Source: Malacoraja senta
Taxonomy: Eukaryota
DNA length: 64,000 nt
Direction: 5' to 3'
Assembly: GCA_038087875.1 (NCBI GenBank)
Contig: CM075990.1
Location: forward strand, 8,186,001-8,250,000
How positions within the stretch are numbered: the first letter of the stretch is position 1; each line of letters opens with the position of its first letter. Below, one piece after another: positions 51,767-63,087 of the stretch. Both the position numbers and the translations under genes were made by a program. The notes under the pieces were generated by a model that was not told where the DNA came from, did not search any database, and saw nothing but the letters and a program-made list of their open reading frames with translations.

Positions 51767-52156
51767 GTACTCTTGTCCTGGATCGTGGAACCCTGACTGG
51801 GCCCAGCGTTTGGCCTTTCTTCATTTTTGGCGAGTTAAATCACTTCAATAAAAGGAATTCACGAGGCACTTTCCATCGTTATTCCATTTTCTCCACCCTG
51901 CACAGATGAGGGAATCCAATTCCATTATTTCTATCGCATCACTTAGCTGCGTTGATGATAAATTAACCAGGCGTTCACACTGAGCTTTACCACTGCTGTG
52001 GATCCTGATTAACAAAAGCACAATGAGTTACTGTTACACACTATGCGATTTTCCAATAAAGCCCAATGTGGTAAATGCAGAACTTTACCTTTCATGTTCA
52101 CAGTTGGATGTTTCAAGTCCATTCTCTCCTTCCAGATGGAGGATATTCCAGTATAT

Positions 52157-52937
52157 ATTTTCAAAATAAATTTTATTCAGAATAAAAAATATATATCAAA
52201 GAATGCAAAAATTCTTCCGACATTCTCAGCGGCCTTACATACATTAATTCGCATTGTATTTGGCAACCTGAGGGGCATCTCCACCACACCCAGTCCCCCA
52301 ATGTCGTGGCGGGAGAACCTTATAGCCCTGTCCCACGGTACGAGTTCTTTCCAAGAGCTCTCCCGAGTTTAAAAAAAATCAAACTCGTGGTAAGCACGGA
52401 GAATGAACGTCGGAGCTCGAGGACATCTCTTAGCGGCTCGTAACGCGAAAGGCAGGTACTCGGGAAGACTCGCTAATGGCAGGTAAGCTCGGGAAGACTC
52501 GTGAAGATTTTTCAACGTTGAAAAATGTCCACGAGAGTCCCGAGTACCGACGAGCGGCCATTACTGTAAATCTCCGAGTTCGAATCAAGGCAAACTCGGG
52601 AGAGCTCTTGGAATGAACTTGTACCGTAGGACAGGGCTATTAGACTGTGGGCCTCCCCCACAGAGCCTTGGCGTTGGCTGCACTGAGCTTCAGTGCGTCC
52701 ATCAGCACGTACTCCTGCAGTCTGGAACGGGCCGGTCGGCAACATTCCACGACGGACATCTCGCTCTGCTGGGAGACCAACAAGTTTCGGGCTGGGAGCA
52801 TCTTTCACCGAGTTGATGACCTTCCAGCAGCACTTGACGTCCATCTCCGAATGTGTCCCTGGGAACAGTCCGTAAATCAGAACGTCCTCTGTAACGTAAC
52901 AGTTACAAGGACCGTGACAAGGACTCTTTCATCCTTC
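52157..52937 (-). mobile_element. 5'-truncated Tx1-like LINE 3' end
   Basis: Minus frames VTEDVLIYGLFPGTHSEMDVKCCWKVINSVKDA and ARNLLVSQQSEMSVVECCRPARSRLQEYVLMDALKL; 10-bp TSD TCCAGTATAT (52147-52156, 52938-52947). Confidence 0.72.
52323..52639. mobile_element. PIF/Harbinger-type MITE inside a Tx1-like LINE
   Basis: TIR TAGCCCTGTCC(C/T)ACGGTAC; TSD TTA (52320-52322, 52640-52642). Confidence 0.88.
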
Positions 52938-53996
52938 TCCAGTATATTCCAGACTCCAGACTCTGCAATAGTATTACAAATCTCTACAAATGTGTACTTT
53001 AGCCTGTGAATTACTACAGTCTAATTGACCTCTATGCCATTTACTGGCAGGTTGACGGAATACTCTGATCAACTTATTTGAATTTCTGACAAAACATTAT
53101 TATTATAGTTATGCTTTTTCTGTGTCATTTCCATGTGCTCATGCTAAAATGATTGAATAATAGGGTCAATCATCGTCCATCATAGGTAATGAATCCGAGG
53201 GCACTTTACAGATGGAGATAATTGATTTGTAGTTAGATTAAAATGGGAGCTGCTTGTTTTTGTCGCTTTTGTTGGAAGTGTCCTGAAGTTTCATCGAAAG
53301 CATTTGCCATTCATTGGAAGCCGTGTCCACAGCAAAAAGCAGAGAATGATTAAACACAGTCCAGTGTCATGTCATTCAGTGTTACACATATAAATGGGAT
53401 TAGTATCATCGACAAAATAATTTACTAGGCACCCTCTCTGCATTCACCTCTGCAAGGCAATTTCTCCCACTGCGTATTTAGCCTCAATCTACAGGACTTT
53501 TGTTCCTTATGTCAACGGCATAAAAATGAGCCTTCAAATCACATACCCAGCAGAAATTCTGTTGATATATTTTCCTGCCTTTTTACTGCACATAATAATG
53601 TTTTATAAATCCCTTTGTTAGCGGAATCTTCTGATCGCACAGGGGTAATACTAGTAAAGGAGGCCATTTGGCCCATCGTGGCAATACAAGCTTTATAAGC
53701 ACGATTTCGTCTGTACTCGTCTCCATTGCAGAGCGATTTTAGTTTAGAGATACAGCACGGAAACAGGTCTTTCGGCCCATAGAGTCTGTGCTGACCAGCG
53801 ATCCCCGCACACTGACACTATCCGACACACACTCGGGACAATTTACACTTATACCAAGCCAACTAACCTACCAACCTATACGTCTCTGGAGTCTGGGAGA
53901 AAACCAAAGATCTCGGAGAAAATCTACGCAGGTCACGGGGAGAACGTACAAACTCTGTACAGACAGCACCCATAGTCAGGGTCGAAGCTGGGTCCC

Positions 53997-54828
53997 TTAG
54001 ACTTAGACTTAGACTTAGATTCCTTTATTGTCATTCGGACCTTTCGGTCTGAACAAAATTTCATTGCCTGCAGTCATACATATAATAATAAATAACAAAA
54101 CACACAATAAACACAAATTAACATCCACCACAGTGAGTTCACCAGGCACCTCCTCACTGTGATGGAGGCAAAAGTCTTAAAGTCTCTGTCTCTTCCCTCT
54201 TTGTTCTCCCTCTGCGCTGAGGCGATCTAGGCTTCTGACGTTGTGCCCCGCCGGGTGATGACAAGTCAGTCCCGCGGCTGAATCCGTGCTCCGTCCGCGA
54301 CGGGCAGGTTCAAACTCCGCGGCCCGGGGTGGTCAAAGCTGCCGAAGCTGCCGCCCTCCAGTCCAGCGGACGCAGCTGTAGTTGCTGGAGCTCCAGAAAA
54401 ACAGGTCACCCACCTGTGACCTGCGAGCTCCCGACGATGTCGTCCACTGGGCCCGCGGCCGAGCCTCCGGACTCAGGTCGCCACCAGCGTCCTCGGTTGC
54501 CACCACCGGAACGCCGGAACGCAGCCCCGAAGCCGGCCAGCCCCCTGCTGGTAAGTCCTGGCTCTGCCTCCGGAGCCTCGAGGTCGGTCGGTCGCAGTTG
54601 GAGTTGGAGGCCGGCAGCTCCGCCATTTTGGCCTCAGCGCAGACGGAGGCAGAGAAGGGGGATACGACAAGAAAAAGTCGCATTCCCCGAAGGAAGAGAC
54701 AAAAGTCATGTTTCACCCCCCCCCCAACACATACACAACCCAATAAACCAAATTTTGACTAAAACAAGACAAAAGAAAACAACAACAAAAGTAAAAACAG
54801 ACGGACTGCAGGCGAGCCGCAGCCGTGT
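53997..54828 (-). mobile_element. Unclassified GC/CpG-rich non-autonomous retroposon with (TCTAAG)n tail
   Basis: Minus-strand end TGACAATAAAGGAA(TCTAAG)4; interrupts a V-SINE (53737-53996, resumes near 54830-54860); no recognisable protein motif. Confidence 0.65.
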
Positions 54829-55128
54829 AACTGCTGTGGGTGCTGTGAGGCAGCAACTCGACCTTTTTTTTCAAACAACAATCTGAGATTTATTTTTTAT
54901 TTAAGCACTTCTGAATGCTACCATCTAATCTATCTCCAACACTCCTCCTGACACTAACGATTTAGATGTTTCGTGTATAGAATACATTGAGAAAAAAAAT
55001 CTCATGTTATTTTTGGTTTATTTTACCAATCACCTTTGTGCTATCTACCCTGGTTCATGATCCCTCCACTAAGGGACCACTGCCCGATCCACTTTGCTGA
55101 TTACATTTGTAGTCTTAAATATAGTTAA

Positions 55129-55459
55129 AAGCCCTGTCCCACTGTACGAGTTCATTCAAGTGCTCTCCCGAGTAAAACAAAAAAATCAAACTCGTGGAAA
55201 GCACGGAGAACGAACGTAGCGGGTACGTCGGAGCTCGGGGACGTCTCTTAGCGGCTCGTAACACTAACGGCTGGTACTCGGGAAGACTCGCTAACGGCAG
55301 GTAAGCTCGGGAAGACTCATGAAGATTTTTCAACACGTTGAAAAATGTCCACGAGAGCCCCGAGTACTTACGAGCGGCCATTACCGTAAATCTCCGAGTT
55401 CAAACCAGGGCAAACTCGGGGAGAACTCTTGAATGAACTCGTGCAGTGGGACAGGGCTT
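55129..55459. mobile_element. PIF/Harbinger-type MITE
   Basis: TIR AAGCCCTGTCCCACTG; TSD TAA (55126-55128, 55460-55462). Confidence 0.88.
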
Positions 55460-56269
55460 TAACAGGTCTCCCCTGCTACATAGAGAACAATGCTCCTCTA
55501 CATAACTACAATTAACCTACCAATTGAGTCATGGTGAAACAAAAATTACCTTGCCAATGATACTGATCATTTTACTAAATCTTTGTTGCACCCTCTCCAA
55601 AAGCCTTACTTTCTTCCCGAGGTGTCAACCCAGAACTATGGAACTATTGGATTTAGTATAGATGGATACTTGTGGGTCAGCATGGACATGGTGGGTTGAA
55701 GGGCCTGTTTGTGTACTGTACAGTGCCATGACTCTTGGGTGTATGACCTGTGAGTCTGCAGACAGGATAAAGAGACCTTTACAGTACATTGGCGTAGCGG
55801 TAGAACTACTGCCCTACAGCGCCCAGAGACCCGGGTTCGATCCTGACTATGGATACTTGTCTGTACGGAGTTTGTACGTTCTCCCCGTGACCTGCGTGGG
55901 TTTTCTCTGAGATCTTCAGTTTCCTTCCACACTCCAAAGACGTACAGGTTTGTAGGTTGATTGGCTAGGTGTAAATGAAAAATGTCCCTAGTGTGTGTAG
56001 GATGCCCCCCCAGAAAGCACAATTCAATTAGACGGAAGTGTTTTTTTTAAATTAATTTAATTAGGATTGGGATATAATAGAAGACTTGCTTTCACTTTTT
56101 GCTCCCGTAGTGAACTGTGGCTTTTTAATTATGAGAATTGTAGTGGGAACTGTGACTACATTATGCACCTTATGACATTTTTCCTCTTCATAAACAGATG
56201 TGTCCTATCTTTAATTTGTCCAAGTTTTAAAGAATGGGAATGGGAACATCCTCAGGCAGTGGGCTGGGG

Positions 56270-56547
56270 TATCATAAGGTCATAAGTGATAGGAGCCGAA
56301 TTAGGCCATTCTGCCCATCAAGTCTACTCTGCCATTCAATTATAGCTGACCTATCTCTCCCTCCTAACCCCATTCTCCGGCCTTCTCCCCATAACCCCTG
56401 ACACCTGTATTAATCAAGAATCTATCTATCTCTGCCTTTAAAATATCCATTGACTTGGCCTCCACGGCCTACTGTGGTCCACAGATTCACCACCCTCTGA
56501 CTAAAGAAATTCCTTCCCATCTCCTTCTTAAAGGAACGTCCTTTAAG
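56270..56547 (-). mobile_element. CR1/HER1-like LINE 3' fragment
   Basis: Reverse complement homolog of about 4515-4785. Confidence 0.85.
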
Positions 56548-57593
56548 GAGTTGTGAGTAAGTGTGCAGGGTTCCTGGGTGTGTAATGATACAGGGTCGCT
56601 AAGTGTGTCAGTTATTGTAGACAGTCCCTGTGTGTGTCAGCTACTGTGCAGGGTCTGGGGGGGTATCAGTAATTGTAAGGGTCCATGGCCTGCTGCCAGT
56701 GATGAATGATTAAGTACACGTTCCCCAAGCCTGTTCTGTGTCTCTCTGATAATTAATGTACTTTGTGAGTCTGCCTCAAAGTTTACAAATACTTTAATAC
56801 TTGTAATCACAGCATTCACTGCAGAGCAATTCCCCCCTCCCCCATCTGTTCTCACAGCTTTCTCCACCTACACACATGCAATGCACAATTGTTCCAAACA
56901 TTGTTTGTCTTTTCCCAAGTTGTCGCTTGAAATAATTCATTATGTTTTATTTTAGGGTCATTGTCAAACAGCATGGAAACAGGCCCTTCAGCCCAATTTG
57001 CTCATGCCAACCAATGTGTCCCTTCAACACCAGTCCTACCTGTCTGCTTTAGGCCCATAATCCCAATAATACACAAAGCTCTTCACAAATATAATAACTT
57101 AAAATTACAACGTGGGCGGCACGGCAGCACAATCGTAAAGTCACTACCTTACGGCACCAGAGACCCGGCTTACAGCACCAGAGCAACCCTGACTACGGGT
57201 GCTCTCTGTACGAAGTTTGTACATTCTCCTTGTGACCTGCTTGGGTTTTCTCCGGGATCTCCAGTTTCCTCCCACACTCCAAAGACGCCAAGGTTTGTAA
57301 GCTAATTGGCTTGGTATAATTGTAAATTGTCCCTTGTGTGTGTCAGATAGTGTAAGTGTGCGGGAATCGGTGGTTGGCGCAGACTCGGTGGGCTGAAGGG
57401 CCTGTTTCTGTGCTGTATCTCTAAACTAAACTAGATTGGCATTTGACGCAAACAGTATTTCCAATCAAGACACATCAAGAGTCAAGAACGTTTAATTGCC
57501 ATATGTACCAAAAGGGAGCGAAGAAGTTCTTACCGTGTGATCGGACTGCTTTGTCAGATTCCTAGTTCACTGTGTGCTGGAACCAATACTCCT

Positions 57594-58352
57594 GGTGTAG
57601 GAAGGAACTGCAGATGTTGGTTTAAATAAAAAATAGACACAAAATGCTGGAGTAACTTTGCAGACAGCATCTCTGGAGAGAAGGAATGGGTCATGTTTCG
57701 GGTCGATACTCTTCTTCAGACTGATGTCAGGGGAGTGGGAGGTACATGGATAAGGACGTGTAAGGTGTGAAAACAGGACAAAGGGAATGGAGTAGAGGAC
57801 AAGGACAATGTAGATAGATCATTGTTAGTTGGGAGAAGGTAACAACAAAGCAAACAGAGATAAAATCTGGTTGGTGACAGTAAGACTGGTCAGAGAACTG
57901 AGAAGGGGAGGGGATGGAGAGAGTAGGAAAGCAAGGGTTACTTGAAGTTGTGTAAGAAGGAACTGCAGATGCTGGTTTAAACTGAAGATAGACACACAAA
58001 GCTGGAACAAAGGGCCTGTCCCACTTTCCCGAGCTGCTCACGAATTCTCAGGTAAGTCGGGACGTTTTTTCCAGCATGACAAAAAATGTCCACGAGTAAA
58101 AAGATAGTCGGGAGGAGAAAAATTGCAACATTTAATGCCCCGAGTACCTACGGCTGACATAACGAGCCGCTACGATATATCTACGGACTCCTACAGACCC
58201 GTTACGGACATTCTCCGAGTTTGAATCAAGGGGAAAACTCGGGAGAATTCGTGAGCAGCTCGGGAAAGTGGGACAGGCCCTTAACTCAGCAGGACAGGCA
58301 GCATCTCGGGAGAGATGGTTGATGTTTTGGGTCGAGACCCTTCTTCAGACTG
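57594..58352 (-). mobile_element. Tandem PLE terminal repeats (two decayed hammerhead cores) with a nested MITE
   Basis: Tails start near 57594 and 57950; cores near 57692-57719 and 58321-58348; MITE at 58011-58281. Confidence 0.8.
58011..58281. mobile_element. PIF/Harbinger-type MITE
   Basis: Perfect 39-bp TIR AGGGCCTGTCCCACTTTCCCGAGCTGCTCACGAATTCTC; inserted at the TAA of a PLE repeat (flanks CAA and TAA). Confidence 0.88.
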
Positions 58353-58825
58353 GTAAGTTCTTCAGAACTTACGAAGTTCTCCTGGGTCCTGGCACTGAAT
58401 GGTGGATTGGGACTGTGATTCTGATATGTTTACACCACGTTATCACTGGATCAGACTATCGCTCTTTGCTGCAAGTGCAATCACCATGAAGGACCACTGC
58501 GACAAGGAGGTTGAACTATTCCGCTTAATTGTAGAAATCAGCCAAAGCTCCAAGTGTTTATCCTGAATAAATTAACCTTACAGCAACATGGTGGAGGGTA
58601 GCAGCTCGGAAACAGATTCACTCTGTCTTGCTCACTGGGCTGGAATGTCAGCCTTGTGAGTTCGACACATTTTGGAATGGTGGAAGGAACAGAAAGGGAA
58701 GCCTGTATTTCATCCTGTCATGGGAGCAAAATAGTTTACTCATAATCCCATGCTTCAACAAGTAATCAATGCACATCAATTAACTTCAGAGAAAGTTTGG
58801 CAGCTTGTAAAGTGTAAGGTATTTC

Positions 58826-59063
58826 TTCTTCTTCTTCTTTCGTAATAAGTGCACAGCCTAAAGTCTGAAGAAGGGTTTCGGCCCAGTCTGAAGAAGGGTT
58901 TCGGCCCGAAACGTTGCCTATTTCCTTCGCTCCATAGATGCTGCTGCACCCGCTGAGTTTCTCCAGCATTTTTGTGTACCTTTGTTCTATTTGATCTTCC
59001 GTTCGTGCACGTCGAGTTGATTGCATTCGTCGAAACCACGTGAAGGTTGCAATCTTCCACCCC
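58826..59063 (-). mobile_element. Copy 2 of the HDV-ribozyme mini-retroposon, damaged and interrupted by a hammerhead element
   Basis: 10-bp TSD AAGGTATTTC at 58816-58825 and 59064-59073; (AAG)n tail; 5' end exactly at ribozyme G1 (59063); 9-nt deletion (CCACCCTGT) removes the P1 3' strand. Confidence 0.85.
58888..58915 (+). ncRNA. Predicted minimal type-I hammerhead core, PLE subfamily B
   Basis: CTGAAGA-A-GGGT TTCG GCCC-GAAACGTT; identical core on the minus strand at 63154-63181. Confidence 0.6.
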
Positions 59064-60364
59064 AAGGTATTTCCACCTATCTGCTATCCTGAAACACAAG
59101 GATTCCTTATCATTGGGAGAAGCTGGAGCAAGAGACCAGGGGGAATGTGTAGGAATATAAAAATAGAAGCAGGCAGATACCATTTAGCCCATGTGCCAAT
59201 CATTATGATCATGGCTCACCATCTCACCATAATGTCCTGCCCCATCCCCATACACTTTAATAACTTTAATATATTAAAATATCTATCAGCCTCTGTTTAT
59301 ATTTTTATATAATTGGGTCAAGTTTTAACTCCACAATTTGTTTGGGGGGAAAGGGGGGGGGGGGGGGGAGAATTTAATAGATTTGCCATTCTTTGAGTGA
59401 AATAAACTTTCCTTATTTCATCTCTAACAGGCCTTGTACCAAACCTGGCCAGATGTGTCCTCTTGGCCAGATGTGTCCTCTCCTATATCAACCCTCTGAG
59501 AATTTGGTATGTTTCAGTCAGGTCATCTTTCATTGTTTTTTACCTTTAAACAGAGGCCTCCAGTACTCAATCTCCCCTCACTCTACCATCAGTCTCGTGC
59601 CCTTCTCAGTAGTTCTGTCGTAACAACATTGTTTCATTGTAATTCGTCGATTATTCTGTCATAATAATTTTCTTAAATAGGGACCAAAATTGTGCAGAGT
59701 TTTCATGGTGTCGTCTCACTAAAACCCTCAACAATTGCAGGAAGGTGTCTTTACTCTTGTACTCGATTATACGGCAACCCCACCATGTTGTTTTGCTCAC
59801 TCATTAACCCACTTATCTCCTCACCGTAAGATTCACCATTGAAACGTTATTCCCTTATCATGTATTTATACACTGTAAATGGTTCGATTGTAATCACATT
59901 TTGTCGTTCCGCTGTCTGGTTAGCATGGAACAAAAGCTTTTCACTGCATACGTGACAATAAACTAAGCAGAATTTTATAATGGAGTCAGCCTGATCCTGA
60001 TCTCATTAAACTGCCACCTTGTGAGGCAATTATGGGGAGGGGTGGGACTGTTGTCCTTGATCTTTACAAAATGTAATCTAAGTGCCTAGTATACTTTGGT
60101 GCCTAGTACCCATAGCAATATAATGGGTGATGCATTTGTGCCCTTCCAGCTCCCAGTATCTCAGCCTGAGTATAACAGGGAAGGCTCAGCCACTGCTCAC
60201 TGCAGTTGGTTTCTGGTGGCCAGACCATTGCCAGTGTAAGATAGTCATACTGTGAGCTCTCTGGAGATACACACTGCCAGCAAACCTTGCTGCATTTATT
60301 GGACCAAATTGCAGCATCATAATGCTCGTACGTGTGGATAAGATCAAGGTCTATCTTATAATAC

Positions 60365-61307
60365 GTGTAGGAAGGAATTGTGAATGCTGGTTTAAACCAA
60401 CGACAGACACAAAAAGCTGGAGTAACTCAGCAGGACAGGCAGCATCTATGGCGATAAGGAATGGATGAAGGGAGATCTTATAGAGGTATACAAAATGATG
60501 AGGAATAGATCGGGTAGATGCCCCAGAGTAGGGGAATCGAGGACCAGAGGACACAGGTTCAAGGTGAAGGGGAAAAGATTTAATAGAAATCCGAAGGGTA
60601 ACGTTTTCACACAGAGGTTGGTGGGTGTATGGAACAAGCTGCCAGAGGAGGTAGTTGAGGCAGGGACTATCCCATCATTTAAGAAACAGTTGGACAGGTA
60701 CATGGATAGGACAGGTTTGGAGGGTTATGGACCAAGCGCAAGCAATTGGGACTAGGATAGCTGGGACATTGTTGGCTGGTGTGTTGGGCCAAAGGGTCTG
60801 TTTCCACACTGTATTAATCTTGAGAATAATTGTGTTATTCCCTGGGTTTACTCTGGAAACAATTTGTTTATTTTGTTCCTCAAGAATTGTCAGATAATTT
60901 TCTGCATTGTTGCATTTCGGGTCAAGACCCTTCTTCAGACTGAGAGTCACGGGGAAGGGAAAGGAGAGATATAGAAGATGATGGGGAGAGATAAAGAACA
61001 ATGAATGAAAAATATGCAAAAAAGTAACAATGTTAAAGGAAATGTTAGCTGTTTGTTGGGTGAAAATGAGAAGCTGGTGTGACTTGGATGGGGAGGGATA
61101 GAGTGAGAGGGGTTACTTGAAGTTAGAGAAATCAATATTCATACCACTGGGCTGTAAGCTGCCCAAGAGAAATATGAGATGCTGTTCCTCCAATTGGCGT
61201 TTAGCTGCACTCTGAGAATTGGGGAGACCTAGGACAGAAAGGTCAGTGTGGGAATGGGAAGGACTTTAATTCTCCTGCCTTTCCTGCTGAGTTATTCCAG
61301 CTTTTTA
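60365..61307 (-). mobile_element. Penelope-like 3' end split by a ~450-bp inverted duplication
   Basis: Tail 60365-60468 resumes at 60913 (CATTTCGGGTCAAGACCCTTCTTCAG); GIY-YIG C-terminal remnant about 61113-61268. Confidence 0.8.
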
Positions 61308-61619
61308 GAATTAGAATTAGAATGAGACTTTATTGTTTCTATCTTCTATCTTATAATACAGCGCATTTAATAACTGTATATATTAGTCACACCGTTTCCG
61401 GCAGCATTAGACTAGTTACGGAGATGGAGCCATTACATTAATTTTGGTTCCACAAACTAGGTCTGATAACAGTCTTGTGCAGTGCATTGGGAGTCATTTA
61501 ATCAGCAAAAAGAGGGGCAACAATGCAGAAAATTATCTGACAATTCTTGAGGAACAAAATAAACAAATTGTTTCCAGAGTAAACCCAGGGAATAACACAA
61601 TTATTCTCAAGCACTCAGT

Positions 61620-62058
61620 CAAAGAGTCAACGAGTCATAGATTAATACAGTGTGGAAACAGACCATTCGGCCCAACTCGTCCACACCAGCCAACAATATC
61701 CCAGCTACCCTAGTCCCAATTGCTTGCGCTTGGTCCATAACCCTCCAAACCTGTCCTATCCATGTACCTGTCCAACTGTTTCTTAAATGATGGGATAGTC
61801 CCTGCCTCAACTACCTCCTCTGGCAGCTTGTTCCATACACCCACCACCCTCTGTGTGAAAAAGTTACCCTTCGGATTTCTATTAAATCTTTTCCCCTTCA
61901 CCTTGAACCTGTGTCCTCTGGTCCTCAATTCCCCTACTCTGGGGCATCTACCTGATCTATTCCTCATGATTTTGTATACCTTCATCCTCCTACGCTCCAT
62001 AGAATAGTCCCAGCCTACTCAACCCTCTCTCTATAGCTTACATCCTCCAGCCCTGGGA
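61620..62058 (-). mobile_element. CR1/HER1-like LINE 3' fragment, probable donor of the inverted copy at 60463-60820
   Basis: RTRGHRFKVKGKRFNRNPKGNFFTQRVVGVWNKLP; shares the private junction GTAGATG|CCCCAGAG with the 60463 copy. Confidence 0.9.
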
Positions 62059-62387
62059 GATTGTTTGTATCTTCCATAGTGAGGAACCCGTAGCAGGTTT
62101 TTTTTGCATATGAAGTCATTTATTGAAAGTTGGTGCATTTAGTTAGATAATGCTTCAGTTTTGGGCTTGGTTTTCTTAGTTGAGCACTTACCCTGGAGTT
62201 ATAGCACAAGTACTTTGTGTTTTAATTGTAATTTATACCTGATGATATAATGTTCACTTTATCCATGCCCTTCATGATCTTGTACACTTCATTAAGGTCA
62301 CCCTTCAGCCTTCTCTGCTCCAAAGAAAAGAGGCTGTTGAGTGAATCAAACGTACTCACTGATCTGGTACAACAGTATGTATTGAGT

Positions 62388-62820
62388 GTTTAAGAAGGAA
62401 CTGCAGATGCTGGAAAATCGAAAGTACACAAAAATGCTGGAGAAACTCAGCGGGTGCAGCAGCATCTATGGAGCGAAGGAAATAGGCAACGTTTCGGGCC
62501 AAAACCCTTCTTCAGACTGATGGGGGGTGGGGAGAAGAAAGGAAAAAGGCGGAGGAGGAGCCCGAGGGCTGAGGGATGGGAGGAGACAGCCGAGGGCTGA
62601 GGAAGGGGAGGAGACAGCAAGGGCTAACAGAATTGGGAGAATTCAATGTTCATGCCCCCAGGATGCAGTCTCCCCAAGCGGAATATGAGGTGCTGTTCCT
62701 GCAATTTCCGGTGTTGCTCGCTCTGGCCATGGAGGAGGCCCAGGACAGAGAGGTGATACGGAATGGGAGGGGGAGTTGAAGTGCTCAGCCACCGGGAGGT
62801 CAGGTTGGTTATTGCGGACT
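62388..62820 (-). mobile_element. Penelope-like 3' end, subfamily B
   Basis: Minus frame VRNNQPDLPVAEHFNSPSHS/LSVLGLLHGQSEQHRKLQEQHLIFRLGRLHPGGMNIEFSQFC*; hammerhead core at 62488-62515; tail follows. Confidence 0.85.
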
Positions 62821-63087
62821 ACAGCATGTTACTTCTGCTGTACAGCACTGACTGGCAACACATGTTGGATTGCGATAATATGAATAGTCTGGTAGTAGGC
62901 GGAGCTTATAATAATAAAACACTACATTGGTTAGTAAGTAACCGATCTACAGCTTTCCTTGTAAGATTAAAAAGTGAAACACATCTAAAAAGAAAGTGAT
63001 ATATATGTTTAAGTACATTACTAGGTGCTGACTGATTAATACAGTAACCAAAACGCTAATAGCGCATACAGGGAAGAGTATTTGCCA

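Noticed and set aside
54329..54886. 185-aa and overlapping ORFs
   Set aside because: Stop-poor GC-rich repeat interior, open in several frames, with no domain motif.
59019..59063. Second active HDV-like ribozyme
   Set aside because: A 9-nt deletion removes the P1 3' strand, so it cannot fold in cis.
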